This document shows, piece after piece, positions 1-9,670 of a stretch of DNA of 34,948 nucleotides. The position numbers were made by a program, and so were the translations under genes. Origin of the DNA: a virus (Duplodnaviria > Caudoviricetes). The notes under the pieces were generated by a model. The model saw nothing but the letters and a program-made list of their open reading frames with translations, was not told where the DNA came from and did not search any database. Within the stretch, counting starts at the first letter, position 1, and each line of letters starts with the position of its first letter. The stretch lies in the IMG/VR virus record IMGVR_UViG_3300017716_002237, positions 1 to 34,948 of that record; one strand, 5' to 3'.

Positions 1-123
1 AAAGAAAGGAAAAGTTGGAAAACCTAGAATTATAGGTTCTCCAGACGACTTATGGGCACTATTTATACAGTATAAACAATGGGTTATAGATAATCCATTT
101 TATATACAAGACTATGTAGGTGG
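1..123. repeat. Terminal direct repeat, left copy (identical to 34826..34948)
   Basis: The first 123 nt (aaagaaaggaaaagttgg...ctatgtaggtgg) recur at the contig end. The duplication lies inside the terS ORF, as expected for a circular assembly overlap. Confidence 0.97.
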
Positions 124-451
124 GCAAGGAAGAGTAGTTGATAGAGAGAAAGCTAGACCTTTAACTAGTGAAGGATTCTCGAATTATTGTGTATCAGTTC
201 TAGAACTTGGGTGGAGAAGTAACATCAAACAGTATCTATACCCTGTGAAAGAGAATGGGCACGCAGAGTATTTACCAGTTGCTGAAAAGATTTTAGGCGA
301 AATCCGACAGAATATGTTAGAAGGCGCACAGGCGGGCATCTTTCACGCAGGCATAGTTTCTCGTTTGTGTGGCTTAGCAGACAAGACCGAAATCAAGGCA
401 GAGATAGAAGTTAGGCAAAAGCCTGAATGGTTACAATCTAAGCTATCATAG
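1..451 (+). CDS. terS: Terminase small subunit, 3' part (P22 gp3-like DNA-packaging protein); continues from 34635
   Basis: Frame 2 is open from the window start (KKGKVGKPRIIGSPDDLW...RPLTSEGF...QNMLEGAQAGIFHAGIVSRLCGLADK) and in frame with track ORF 245..451. It lies directly upstream of terL. Confidence 0.85.
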   Translation, partial: KKGKVGKPRIIGSPDDLWALFIQYKQWVIDNPFYIQDYVGGQGRVVDREKARPLTSEGFSNYCVSVLELGWRSNIKQYLYPVKENGHAEYLPVAEKILGEIRQNMLEGAQAGIFHAGIVSRLCGLADKTEIKAEIEVRQKPEWLQSKLS

Positions 452-452
452 T

Positions 453-1625
453 ATGGCAATCAATCCGAACCTAGCTTTTATAGACAAGCAAATAAAGCGA
501 GAGCGTAAAAGGCTTGTAGTGCTTCAAGGAGGTACAAGGTCTGGCAAGACATACGCAACACTCCATTGGCTCATAAGGCAAGCGCTTGAACACAAGGCAG
601 GAATGGTTGTATCCATAGTGAGAGCCACACTGCCAAGCTTGAAAGCTACGGCCTTGCGTGACTTCGTGGAGATTTTAACAGAGCTGGAGTTGTACGACGA
701 AGCTAACCACAACAAGACTGAGCAAATATACACGCTCAACACAAACACGTTCGAGTTCTTCAGTATTGACAATGCTCAGAAGATTCGTGGTAGGAAGCGA
801 GATATACTCTTCATAAACGAGGCTAACGAGTTAGAGCTGGAGGATTATAGACAGCTAGCCTTCCGTACTATTGGCCCAATCATTCTCGATTACAACCCTT
901 CAATGTTTGAGCACTGGATATACGACTTCATACACCCACGAGAAGATGCAGCTCTTTTGATTACCACGTACAAGGATAACCCTAACCTGCCAGAGTCAAT
1001 CATTCGTGAGATTCAAGAGTTAGAGAATGCTGACCCTGAATACTTCAAGGTGTTTGGTCTAGGAGAGCGTGGACAGCTTAGCGGCCTTGTCTTTACCAAT
1101 TGGGAGAAGGTTCCAGCCATACCACCAGACGCAAGGTTCATGGGTTATGGGCAAGACTTTGGTTTTAGTGCTGACCCTGCAGCATTGGTAGGTGTGTGGC
1201 AAATGAACAAGGAGTTGTACGTTAGAGAGCTGGTATACGACAGAGGTTTGACCAACCAAGACCTAGCCAAGAAGTACATAGACAATGGTGTGTCACGCTC
1301 TTCAGAGGTTATTGCTGATAGCGCTGAACCAAAGTCTATCGAAGAAATCAGGAGGCTAGGGTTCAACATCAAGCCAGCAGCGAAGGGTGCTGATAGCATA
1401 CGAGCCTCAATAGACATTCTCAGAAGGTTCAAGATTAACATAACTGCTGACAGCCCAAACATGCTGAAAGAGTTCGGTACGTACACATGGAGAAAGGATA
1501 AGCAAGGTAAGCAACTAGACGAGCCTGTAGATTTTAACAACCATGCGATAGACGCTTTAAGGTACTTTGCCTTGAACAAGTTGAACGTGTCGTTGGTAGG
1601 CAGGTACTCAGTTCATCAGGCTTAA
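453..1625 (+). CDS. terL: Terminase large subunit (PBSX/Terminase_3 type)
   Basis: Walker A VLQGGTRSGKT, Walker B ILFINEA, coupling motif DYNP, nuclease motifs GQDFGF and NHAIDALRY. Confidence 0.96.
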   Translation: MAINPNLAFIDKQIKRERKRLVVLQGGTRSGKTYATLHWLIRQALEHKAGMVVSIVRATLPSLKATALRDFVEILTELELYDEANHNKTEQIYTLNTNTFEFFSIDNAQKIRGRKRDILFINEANELELEDYRQLAFRTIGPIILDYNPSMFEHWIYDFIHPREDAALLITTYKDNPNLPESIIREIQELENADPEYFKVFGLGERGQLSGLVFTNWEKVPAIPPDARFMGYGQDFGFSADPAALVGVWQMNKELYVRELVYDRGLTNQDLAKKYIDNGVSRSSEVIADSAEPKSIEEIRRLGFNIKPAAKGADSIRASIDILRRFKINITADSPNMLKEFGTYTWRKDKQGKQLDEPVDFNNHAIDALRYFALNKLNVSLVGRYSVHQA

Positions 1626-1764
1626 ATACCCTTGCCACCATTCACGAAACCAACAACCCCTTTCAATGGTACTGTTAAGGCTACCAACACCCCGAAGACC
1701 CACGAACCAAGTGTTGTAAAGGGTTTCAAGAGCCTTTGACAGCATTTTTGGGTTGCATTGCTGG

Positions 1765-1780
1765 TCTATTTATCAGTGTG
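1765..1780 (+). promoter_or_regulatory. Putative late promoter variant TCTATTT-N6-GTG
   Basis: Same geometry as the TATATTT-N6-ATG sites before other late genes. The GTG at 1778 is in frame with ORF 1736..2359. Confidence 0.5.
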
Positions 1781-2359
1781 AGTATCGAAAAAAGTTTCCG
1801 CAAGATGAAGTTGGCTGGCTACCTAAGTATCCAGAACCAGCTACCTACAGAAAGCACTGAAGAGTACGAGTTGCGTGTTCTTGCCGTTGCTCTTGGCTTG
1901 TCAATCGAGCGTGTCAGGTCTATACCAAGCAAGCAAACCTTTAACCTCAAGGAAAGGATGGCTAAGATAGAGTTCGAGCCTCAGAAAATGAGAGGTGATA
2001 TCAAGGTTGGCAAGGTCTGGTATAAGGTGGACTGGAACCTGACTGACATTACGGCAGGTCAATACATTGACTTATCTGCCTTTGCCGTGTCTGAGGCCAA
2101 TATCCACAAGTCTCTTGCTTGTTTGCTCAGGCCTTGCAAATTCTACAAGTGGTTTCCTAGCAAGTACTCAGGAGCCAAACACCCAGCAATATCAGAGCAT
2201 TTGTTAGATAACATGACAATTGAGCAAGCTAGACCGCTAATGGTTTTTTTTTGCACGTTGCTACAGGAATCCGTAGAAGCTACCCAAACCTATTTGGAGA
2301 GCCAGATGAAGGAGCTGGAAACACTTTTGCACAAAAATGGGGATGGCTCGCAACAATAG
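1778..2359 (+). CDS. Putative tail assembly chaperone (gpG-like), upstream frame of a -1 frameshift pair
   Basis: Track ORF 1736..2359 with the start moved to GTG 1778 (alternative ATG 1805). It has a T9 slippery run at 2244-2252 (LMVFF) and an overlapping -1 ORF. Confidence 0.6.
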   Translation: MSIEKSFRKMKLAGYLSIQNQLPTESTEEYELRVLAVALGLSIERVRSIPSKQTFNLKERMAKIEFEPQKMRGDIKVGKVWYKVDWNLTDITAGQYIDLSAFAVSEANIHKSLACLLRPCKFYKWFPSKYSGAKHPAISEHLLDNMTIEQARPLMVFFCTLLQESVEATQTYLESQMKELETLLHKNGDGSQQ

Positions 2360-2508
2360 ACTCGATAGCTCAGCACGACAAAACGAAGTGGAGGCACTTT
2401 CTAGAACTACCTGTAACGGAGTTTATGAACGTGGTATGCTACCACATAGACCATTCAAACGAGGAAGCAAGGAGAATCAATGAACAGAATAAGCCAAAGC
2501 GAGTTTGA
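2251..2508 (+). CDS. Frameshift extension (gpT-like) of the putative tail chaperone
   Basis: This -1 frame ORF begins at the T9 run, has only a TTG start, and encodes FAQKWGWLATIDSIAQHD. Confidence 0.6.
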   Translation: MHVATGIRRSYPNLFGEPDEGAGNTFAQKWGWLATIDSIAQHDKTKWRHFLELPVTEFMNVVCYHIDHSNEEARRINEQNKPKRV

Positions 2509-3109
2509 GGTAATGTTTTCCGACTTAGGTCAAAGCCTGACCATTGTCGAAGATGGAGGTTCCTTAGAAGATGCAGTGTACCAGCTCTGTGTTAGGCTCT
2601 CAGACGCTATCAAGTCTAACCTGACTGAGCAAAACGCTTACTATTCAAGCTCTCAGTTGCTGCAGTCAATAGCTGTAACACCTCCAGATAGCGCAAGAGG
2701 CATTGTTAACGTAACAATTGAGGGTGCTGATTACGCTTTCTTTATGGATTCAGGTGTTGACGGCATGAAGGTTAGACACAACTCAGAGTACAGCTTTAAG
2801 TACAAGTTTGCGTCTAAGAAAATGGTAGCACCCATAAGCAAGTGGATTACAAGACGAGGAATAAAGCTGCACACAACTACCAAGACTAGCAAAGCTAGCT
2901 CAAGGACAGGCAAGCTTCGTGACGTGTCTAAGGCTAGAACGTCATTGGCATGGGCGATAGCAACGGCAGTAAAGAGAGATGGTATTGAGCCTACTCACTT
3001 TATATCTGACGCTTTACAGGAGACCACATTGATTAACTTTTCGCAGGCTCTAGCTAATTGGCTTGGCGAAAAGATAGAAGTTAGATTAGCAAGCAACGTA
3101 ATGAATTAA
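2480..3109 (+). CDS. Virion morphogenesis / tail completion protein (HK97 gp10-like, tentative)
   Basis: 209-aa basic ORF with YAFFMDSG and AIATAVKRDGIEPTHFI, in a structural gene context. Confidence 0.5.
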   Translation: MNRISQSEFEVMFSDLGQSLTIVEDGGSLEDAVYQLCVRLSDAIKSNLTEQNAYYSSSQLLQSIAVTPPDSARGIVNVTIEGADYAFFMDSGVDGMKVRHNSEYSFKYKFASKKMVAPISKWITRRGIKLHTTTKTSKASSRTGKLRDVSKARTSLAWAIATAVKRDGIEPTHFISDALQETTLINFSQALANWLGEKIEVRLASNVMN

Positions 3110-3125
3110 CGAGGGCATATACACA

Positions 3126-4307
3126 ATGGCGATAACAATCACAAATTCACCAAACGACTACCAGAACATGTTTAACGGGATGAAGTTAAGCGTGAGCAGT
3201 ACAAACACAGGGCAACCGAACTTTATGTTCTTGTTCGACGTTTTCATAGTAGGTACAGCAAGCGCTGTAGCTAGGCTGACTTACCCTAAGCAGCCAGCCG
3301 TAACTTCAGTAAGCGCAGATATAGCCTCTGTATTGAGGGGTTACGCAACACCTTCATTCAGTGCTATAACAGCACTTGAAGACGACACAACAAGAAGCGT
3401 GGTTCAGTACTACGTTCAAATTGGGGAGATATACGACGTTGCTACTGTGCCTACCACATTCGGAAACCTCGCTCAATTCGGTACGGCAGTAGCTCATAAG
3501 CATGCTTCATACGCAGTGTTTGACTTCCTTGAATGGAGCAAGGTTGCATTCACTAACATGGCTTCAGCTAGCGGTTCACCTAAACACCTGAACCAGAAGC
3601 TAGCTAAGACCTACATAAGATATGGGCAAGAAGCTATCTTAAGTGTTTACGAGCCAGCGTTAGTAGCCAACTCGATACTTGTTACTGTGTTTGGTCATGA
3701 TGGACTAGTCATAGACCAAGGAGCCAACTTTGTATCAGCAACAAACGCTATCAGGCACCACAACGTAGGTACTAGTCTTTTGTCTAGTCTAGGTTTTGAT
3801 GCTTACATGCAAGATGAGTCAACAGCCTACTATAGGGTCAGGTTGCTTGAAGGTGCTAATGTGTTGGCAGAAAACCTATACTACATAGATGCTTGTCAGG
3901 ACTTGTACGGAACGCAACAATTGCAGTGGTTTTCGAGTCTTGGTTCGTGGGATTCATTCAACTTCTCGCTGGCTAACACAATTAGCTCTCAAATCGAGAG
4001 AAGCCAATTCAAAAAGCGGTTTGACCTAAGAGGTAGCGTACTCCAAAGGTTGAAAACAACCTACTCGACAACCGAAGTAAGGCAGGTAAAGATAACCAGC
4101 CCTGTATTGAACGACGACGAATGGAAAGCCCTTAGAGAGTTGTTGTTAAGCCCACTAGTGTACGTTCACGACCCTTCCCATGGATACGTTCCAGTCAACT
4201 TGATTGAATCAAACTACGATGAACACAAGTGGCTCAATGGTAGAAACCCTAAAGCAATGGAGATAACCTTTGAGTACACGTTCAACAACTACAGACAAAC
4301 GCTATAA
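3126..4307 (+). CDS. Structural tail protein (hypothetical)
   Basis: 393-aa beta-rich ORF (MAITITNSP..., WFSSLGSWDSFNF) abutting the next large tail gene. Confidence 0.6.
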   Translation: MAITITNSPNDYQNMFNGMKLSVSSTNTGQPNFMFLFDVFIVGTASAVARLTYPKQPAVTSVSADIASVLRGYATPSFSAITALEDDTTRSVVQYYVQIGEIYDVATVPTTFGNLAQFGTAVAHKHASYAVFDFLEWSKVAFTNMASASGSPKHLNQKLAKTYIRYGQEAILSVYEPALVANSILVTVFGHDGLVIDQGANFVSATNAIRHHNVGTSLLSSLGFDAYMQDESTAYYRVRLLEGANVLAENLYYIDACQDLYGTQQLQWFSSLGSWDSFNFSLANTISSQIERSQFKKRFDLRGSVLQRLKTTYSTTEVRQVKITSPVLNDDEWKALRELLLSPLVYVHDPSHGYVPVNLIESNYDEHKWLNGRNPKAMEITFEYTFNNYRQTL

Positions 4308-7300
4308 ATGAAAACGAAACTTTACATATCACACAACTCTAGTGCTGGTGTCCTTTTAAAAGGCCAAGAAATTGAACTATCTGATGACGTGGTTATCGAA
4401 GTCAACAGCTCAATATCAGACCTGCAAAACCCAGAGAAGCGCAAGAGCGAATACACCAAGAGCATTGAGGTTGCTGGCACTGAAAGCAACAACGAGCTAT
4501 TCAGCTCTATATTCAGGTTGGACAGAACGACGCTAAACACCACCGCCACTAATTTCCAGCCAGACTTCAACCCGAATCTCAAGGCAGATTGTGTCATAGA
4601 AATTGACGGAATCAATGTTCTCAGGGGTTATCTGCAGCTAGAGTCAATCAGCATTGTTGACGACCACAAAATTGAGTACTCTGTTGTGTTCTTCGGCAGA
4701 AGCGCTAACCTGTTATTAGACCTTGGAGATAAACAGCTGTCCGATTTAGACCTGTCTGATTATGACCACATATGGTCAATGGCGAATGTTGTTTCTAGTT
4801 GGACTGCCCCTATTGGTGTCGGCTTCGTCTATCCACTAATAGACAGAGGTTATGACCCATTAGAGACAACCTACTACCTAGACCAGTCTTACCCTTCAGT
4901 GTACGTGAAGACCCTTGTGGATAAGATTTTCAAGGCAGCAGGCTACAGGTACAGCAGCGCCTTCTTTGAAACAGACCGCTTCAAAAGGCTTATCTTGGCT
5001 TACGGAGGGGATGGATGGAGAATGTCAGCAAATAGAGCCAACGACAAGCTTTTGAAGATTGAGTACAGCGCAGACACTATATTCACAGCCCCAACACCTG
5101 CTACAGCCCTGATAGATTTTGACTTGGCAAGCAAGAATACTGTGCCTTCTGGTATTAGTCTAAGCAAGTTTATTTGCCCTGCTACCTTGCAAGGTAAGTA
5201 CACATTTCGCGTAGAGCTTTCGTGCCAAGCAAAGAATAACTCTGGCTCGACAATTCCTGATATGTCGTTCTACTTCATGATAAACATAGTCATCAAGAGC
5301 GGCGGTGTTACTAGGTCTTTAGCTAATGCACCAATTTTTATTGGGTGGCATGGGTCAGTAGCAGCAAATGCTACAAAAGATTTCAACATTTCGCTGCAAA
5401 CACCAGAAACGTATATATCCCCAACCGACGAAGTATATGCAACATGGACTTTGATACCCTTTCCGAGCGTGTATAACAATCAGCGGTCATACTACCTAGT
5501 AAAGTTTAAACAGGGTAGCGCCTTGTTCAATGGTGTTGATGGTATCTACTCATCTGGAGACCTTGTATATTTAGCTTCAGCTTTGCCAACCGACTTCTCT
5601 CAGGCAGAATTGTTAAAGTGCTTAATAGCTCAGTTCAACCTATACATGGAGCCAGATAAGATTGACTCCAAGAAGCTGATAATAGAACCAAGAGATAGCT
5701 TCTATACTGGAACGGTTGTCGATATAAGCCATAAGATAGACGTGTCTAAGGGTGTGGTTCTAAGTCCAATGGGGGCGCTAGAGTTTAAAACCCTAGAAAT
5801 GGCCTACACAAGAGATGAAGACGACTTGAACAAGGCTTTCAACGACAGGTATGTTGACACCTATGGCTCTAGGAGGATAGAGATAAACAACGACTTCCTT
5901 GTAGAAAAGAAAAGGGTTGAACTGAAGTTAGCGCCAACGTTGCTAGGTAGCCACCCACTTAGCAACAGGATTATTTCGAAAATCAGGTTCTTTGATGATG
6001 CTGGAGCGGTCAAAAACAAGGCAGCCAAACCTAGAATGCTATACTACGGAGGGCTTAGAGATTGCACACAATACATGTGGGGTGACAGACCTGTAGGTTC
6101 AGGAACAGTTACTACAGTAAGAACTCAGTACCCTTATGCTGGCCACTTAGATAACCCAACAGACCCTACATTTGATTTGGGTTTCGGGATACCTAAGGCT
6201 ATATTCTACGGAGCGTCAACCAACCCTAAGATTACTGACGCTAACCTTTACAACATTTACTGGAAAAAGTCCATAGACGAGATAACGGATAAGGATTCTA
6301 AGATTGCTGAATGCTATCTACACATGAATGCTGCAGAGCTAGCGAGTATGAGTTACAGGTTCTACTACTTCTTCGACAAGCAGTATTTCAGGTTGCATTC
6401 TCTAGAGTACAATTCCAATGGAGACGAACCAGTAAAAGCGCAGTTCCTAAAGATTAAAACAGCACCCCTGTTTGTGGCTTCTAGTGGCATTGGAAATGGA
6501 GGGGTTGGTTCAATTGGTTCAGAAATGTTGCCATCTAACAACGATTACAACAGGTTGATAACCGACAAGCTAAAAGACGAAGGTGTTATAAGCGTGAAGG
6601 GCGTTACTAATGAGGCTTACGCTTCAAATGGCGAAGCCTACTTCACTGATAGCAAGGTTTACTTACCAGACCCATTAACGGCAGTAAAGTACAGCGACCA
6701 GAAAACCCAAGAGATTAACGTTATTAACACAGGAACCAGCCCAATAACTGTGGTCAATGAAGTTACTGGAAAAACAATGTACATAGAACCTTTAGAAAAC
6801 GCTATACTAAGGACAGATGGGGTTGAATGGTACAAGACTGGTGGTAGCGGAGAAATAAACCACGAAACACTGATTTCTGCAGGTGCCGTAGCTAGTGCTG
6901 AGCAAGCCGCTGTTCTTTTCGGTTCTGTTCTAGGCGGCATAACGGCAGATAGCGCTACAGATACTTTCCACATAAGCGCTGCCATAAAGGATAGCTGGGA
7001 TGGCCAAGACCAGCAGCTAGAAGTGGAATTTTTCAGTCCAACGAATATAGCTGTAGGCAAGACTATTGTGTTTCAAATTTACTGGAGAGTGCTAGAGTAT
7101 GGCCAGCCATACGGAGCAACACCAGACGCTATGCAGACAATAACATACACTGCTGCTGCGGCTGTCAGTGCAGGTTCGGTATTAAGAACGGAGTTCACAC
7201 TTGACGCAGCCAATGCAGACCAGCCACTAGTGAAGGATTATGGCATTCACGCAGTTGTTTACAGAGATTTAGGCGCTGGCACATACGCTGGAACCATAGC

Positions 7301-7355
7301 TGTAACTGCCTTTAGACACAAGTGGGTTGCTAATTCTGCAAGCCATGCAGAGTAA
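4308..7355 (+). CDS. Large tail tip / baseplate hub-like structural protein
   Basis: 1015-aa beta-rich ORF between tail genes and the tape measure, with a probable C-terminal beta-sandwich region. Confidence 0.65.
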   Translation: MKTKLYISHNSSAGVLLKGQEIELSDDVVIEVNSSISDLQNPEKRKSEYTKSIEVAGTESNNELFSSIFRLDRTTLNTTATNFQPDFNPNLKADCVIEIDGINVLRGYLQLESISIVDDHKIEYSVVFFGRSANLLLDLGDKQLSDLDLSDYDHIWSMANVVSSWTAPIGVGFVYPLIDRGYDPLETTYYLDQSYPSVYVKTLVDKIFKAAGYRYSSAFFETDRFKRLILAYGGDGWRMSANRANDKLLKIEYSADTIFTAPTPATALIDFDLASKNTVPSGISLSKFICPATLQGKYTFRVELSCQAKNNSGSTIPDMSFYFMINIVIKSGGVTRSLANAPIFIGWHGSVAANATKDFNISLQTPETYISPTDEVYATWTLIPFPSVYNNQRSYYLVKFKQGSALFNGVDGIYSSGDLVYLASALPTDFSQAELLKCLIAQFNLYMEPDKIDSKKLIIEPRDSFYTGTVVDISHKIDVSKGVVLSPMGALEFKTLEMAYTRDEDDLNKAFNDRYVDTYGSRRIEINNDFLVEKKRVELKLAPTLLGSHPLSNRIISKIRFFDDAGAVKNKAAKPRMLYYGGLRDCTQYMWGDRPVGSGTVTTVRTQYPYAGHLDNPTDPTFDLGFGIPKAIFYGASTNPKITDANLYNIYWKKSIDEITDKDSKIAECYLHMNAAELASMSYRFYYFFDKQYFRLHSLEYNSNGDEPVKAQFLKIKTAPLFVASSGIGNGGVGSIGSEMLPSNNDYNRLITDKLKDEGVISVKGVTNEAYASNGEAYFTDSKVYLPDPLTAVKYSDQKTQEINVINTGTSPITVVNEVTGKTMYIEPLENAILRTDGVEWYKTGGSGEINHETLISAGAVASAEQAAVLFGSVLGGITADSATDTFHISAAIKDSWDGQDQQLEVEFFSPTNIAVGKTIVFQIYWRVLEYGQPYGATPDAMQTITYTAAAAVSAGSVLRTEFTLDAANADQPLVKDYGIHAVVYRDLGAGTYAGTIAVTAFRHKWVANSASHAE

Positions 7356-7361
7356 ACCCCA

Positions 7362-7377
7362 TATATTTCAAGGTATG
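7362..7377 (+). promoter_or_regulatory. Putative late promoter TATATTT-N6-ATG
   Basis: TATATTT at 7362-7368, ATG at 7375. Confidence 0.6.
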
Positions 7378-7509
7378 GAGCAGTTGAAAAAGTTACACGA
7401 GAAACTCAAATCATTGCCAGCCCTACTAAAGCTAGCAAATAACGACAAAAAATTTAACGACACACTAAGCAAGATAAGCAAAGAGTTATGGCAAAAAAGG
7501 AAGTTTTAG
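7375..7509 (+). CDS. Small hypothetical protein (44 aa)
   Basis: Track ORF 7327..7509 with the start moved to ATG 7375, which follows the conserved motif. It overlaps the tape measure start. Confidence 0.55.
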   Translation: MEQLKKLHEKLKSLPALLKLANNDKKFNDTLSKISKELWQKRKF

Positions 7510-9032
7510 TAAACGTAAAGGTTGACACAGGTTCGTCAGCAGAAAACATAAAGGGAGTAACAAACGAAGTAAAAGACCTTGGAAAAACCAGTAAAGAAAC
7601 TTCGGAGAACACAAAGAAAAGCGGGGAAGCTCTAAAACATCTAAGCCCAGCTCTTGGCGGAGCTAAAGAAAAAGTTGGAGCTCTATCCGACGCATTCAGG
7701 GTTATGCTTCTTAACCCTGTTGTGCTGGTGTTGACGGCTATTGTAGGAACGCTTGCCTTGCTTTACAAGGCTTTTACGTCAACCAATGATGGTGCCGATA
7801 AGATGCAGCAAATATTCACTGGCCTTAGCGCTGTGTTGAACGTTCTTAGAGATAGGTTTCTGGTTATGGCTGAAGGTGTTGGGGAGCTATTCAAAGGCAA
7901 CTTCTCGAAAGCAGCAGACTTGCTAAAGGCTTCGTTTAAAGGTATAGGAGAAGAGATTGCCAACGACTACAAAATAGCCTCTGAAGGTCAGAAAAGGCTG
8001 CAAGAGTTGGAGGATGAAGGCAGGAAAATTAAGGAGGATAGAGCTAGGTTTGACAAGGAAACTGCTGAGCTTAGAGAGAAAGCATCTGACAACGAAAACT
8101 ACAACGCAAAACAGAGGCTTGCTTTCCTAGAGCAGTTGAAAGCTGGAGAAGCAGGGTTATTAAAAGCTGAGCAAGCTCACGCAGCCAACATACTAGTAAC
8201 AAGTGAACAAATGGCTGCTTTGTCAGACCAAAGCGACGAAACACTAGACCACTTGACGCAGCTGAGAACGGAAGCTGATGCTATGGCTCAGCAAAGCGCT
8301 CAAACGCAAAGAACCCTTAACAGGCAAATGAAGTCCTTGAGAAAGGAAATCAAGAGCGATGACCAGAAAGCGTTTGACGACATGATGGTTAACTTCAAGC
8401 TAGAAGAGAAAGCCAGAACCGAACGAAATCAGCTGGAAAAAGATGAAGAAACTCTCATGGCTCAATGGAGGCAAGAGTCTAGAGATGAAGAGCAAGCACA
8501 GAAAACAGCAGCAGCTACAGCAGATATTATCAGGGGTAAAGCTAAGGCTGCTGAAGAAATGGCAGACGAGGAAGCGTTAAAGCACGCCAAGATTGAAAAT
8601 GCGAAGGCTGTTAGCAACGCTTTGTCTGGATTTGCGGCATTGGCTGGGGAGCAGACAGAGGCTGCAAAGGCATTGAGTATAGCAAACGCTTTGATTAACA
8701 CCTACCAAGCAGCGAACCAAGTGCTTGCCGACCCTACGCTACCGACATTCGCAAAGATTTTTGCCACTGCTGGAATTGTAGCGCAAGGTCTAGCTAACGT
8801 CAAGAACATTCGTAAGACAAAAGTTCCTTCTGTTGGTCAGTCTGGCATGTATCCAGCGGCTAATGCTCCAGCCCCAATAGTTAGACCAATAAGCCAGATG
8901 ACCCAATTAGATGGCAGAACTTCTGTAAACACTAGCGACAAGAACCCTCAAAGAGTTTACGTGCTAGAAAAGGATATAACCACAAGGCAAAGACGGGTTT
9001 CAGTAAACCTAGCCAAAGCCACAATAGGTTAG
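7488..9032 (+). CDS. Tail tape measure protein (short, 514 aa)
   Basis: Ala/Lys/Glu-rich helical protein with hydrophobic segment LLNPVVLVLTAIVGTLALLY and a long coiled-coil. Confidence 0.75.
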   Translation: MAKKEVLVNVKVDTGSSAENIKGVTNEVKDLGKTSKETSENTKKSGEALKHLSPALGGAKEKVGALSDAFRVMLLNPVVLVLTAIVGTLALLYKAFTSTNDGADKMQQIFTGLSAVLNVLRDRFLVMAEGVGELFKGNFSKAADLLKASFKGIGEEIANDYKIASEGQKRLQELEDEGRKIKEDRARFDKETAELREKASDNENYNAKQRLAFLEQLKAGEAGLLKAEQAHAANILVTSEQMAALSDQSDETLDHLTQLRTEADAMAQQSAQTQRTLNRQMKSLRKEIKSDDQKAFDDMMVNFKLEEKARTERNQLEKDEETLMAQWRQESRDEEQAQKTAAATADIIRGKAKAAEEMADEEALKHAKIENAKAVSNALSGFAALAGEQTEAAKALSIANALINTYQAANQVLADPTLPTFAKIFATAGIVAQGLANVKNIRKTKVPSVGQSGMYPAANAPAPIVRPISQMTQLDGRTSVNTSDKNPQRVYVLEKDITTRQRRVSVNLAKATIG

Positions 9033-9050
9033 ACTAGGTGTTTCGGTGGG

Positions 9051-9066
9051 TATATTTCTGTTTATG
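9051..9066 (+). promoter_or_regulatory. Putative late promoter TATATTT-N6-ATG
   Basis: TATATTT at 9051-9057, ATG at 9064. Confidence 0.6.
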
Positions 9067-9651
9067 GATTTACCAATTTACGAGCTATTCATAGACGAAG
9101 AGCAAGATAACGGAGTTGCTGCCATTGCCCTAGTAAGCAGGCCAGCTATCGAAAGAACGTGGAAAGCTTTTAGCTCTCAAAAACACAGGTTCCAAGGAGA
9201 CGCGGAACGCAGAATCATAAGTGGTGCTGCCATGATTCCAGACGAGCCTATATACAGGAAGGTTGGCGACAAGGAATTTAACGTGGTTTTCTCAGCAGCT
9301 ACTATTGAGAAGATTTCTCAAAAGTTCTTTTCCAATGGTTTCACTAAGAACATTAACTTGAAGCACGACCCAAAGCTAGTTCCAGAAGGTGTTTACGTGT
9401 TTGAATCGTTCTTGATAGATTCTGCTAGGGGAATACAGGCACCAATTGGTTATGATGATTTACCAGAAGGTTCTTGGTTCATTTCGTGCAAGGTGGATAA
9501 TGATGATGTATGGAATGACTTCGTAGCCACTGGAAAGTTTACAGGCTTCTCTGTAGAAGGTAACTTCTTGCACAATACAGAAGCTTTCATAGAGCCTGAA
9601 AAGAGCGTGTTAGAGCAAATCAAAGACATTTTGAATAGCGTAGAATGGTAG
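9064..9651 (+). CDS. Putative prohead protease (XkdF-like)
   Basis: Motifs AIALVSRPAIE, ISGAAMIPD, INLKH, GSWF and GKFTGFSVEG. It lies upstream of the scaffold and capsid genes. Start moved from GTG 9046 to ATG 9064. Confidence 0.8.
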   Translation: MDLPIYELFIDEEQDNGVAAIALVSRPAIERTWKAFSSQKHRFQGDAERRIISGAAMIPDEPIYRKVGDKEFNVVFSAATIEKISQKFFSNGFTKNINLKHDPKLVPEGVYVFESFLIDSARGIQAPIGYDDLPEGSWFISCKVDNDDVWNDFVATGKFTGFSVEGNFLHNTEAFIEPEKSVLEQIKDILNSVEW

Positions 9652-9652
9652 G

Positions 9653-9670
9653 TATATTTCGTTACAAATG
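9653..9670 (+). promoter_or_regulatory. Putative late promoter TATATTT-N8-ATG
   Basis: TATATTT at 9653-9659, ATG at 9668. Confidence 0.55.
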
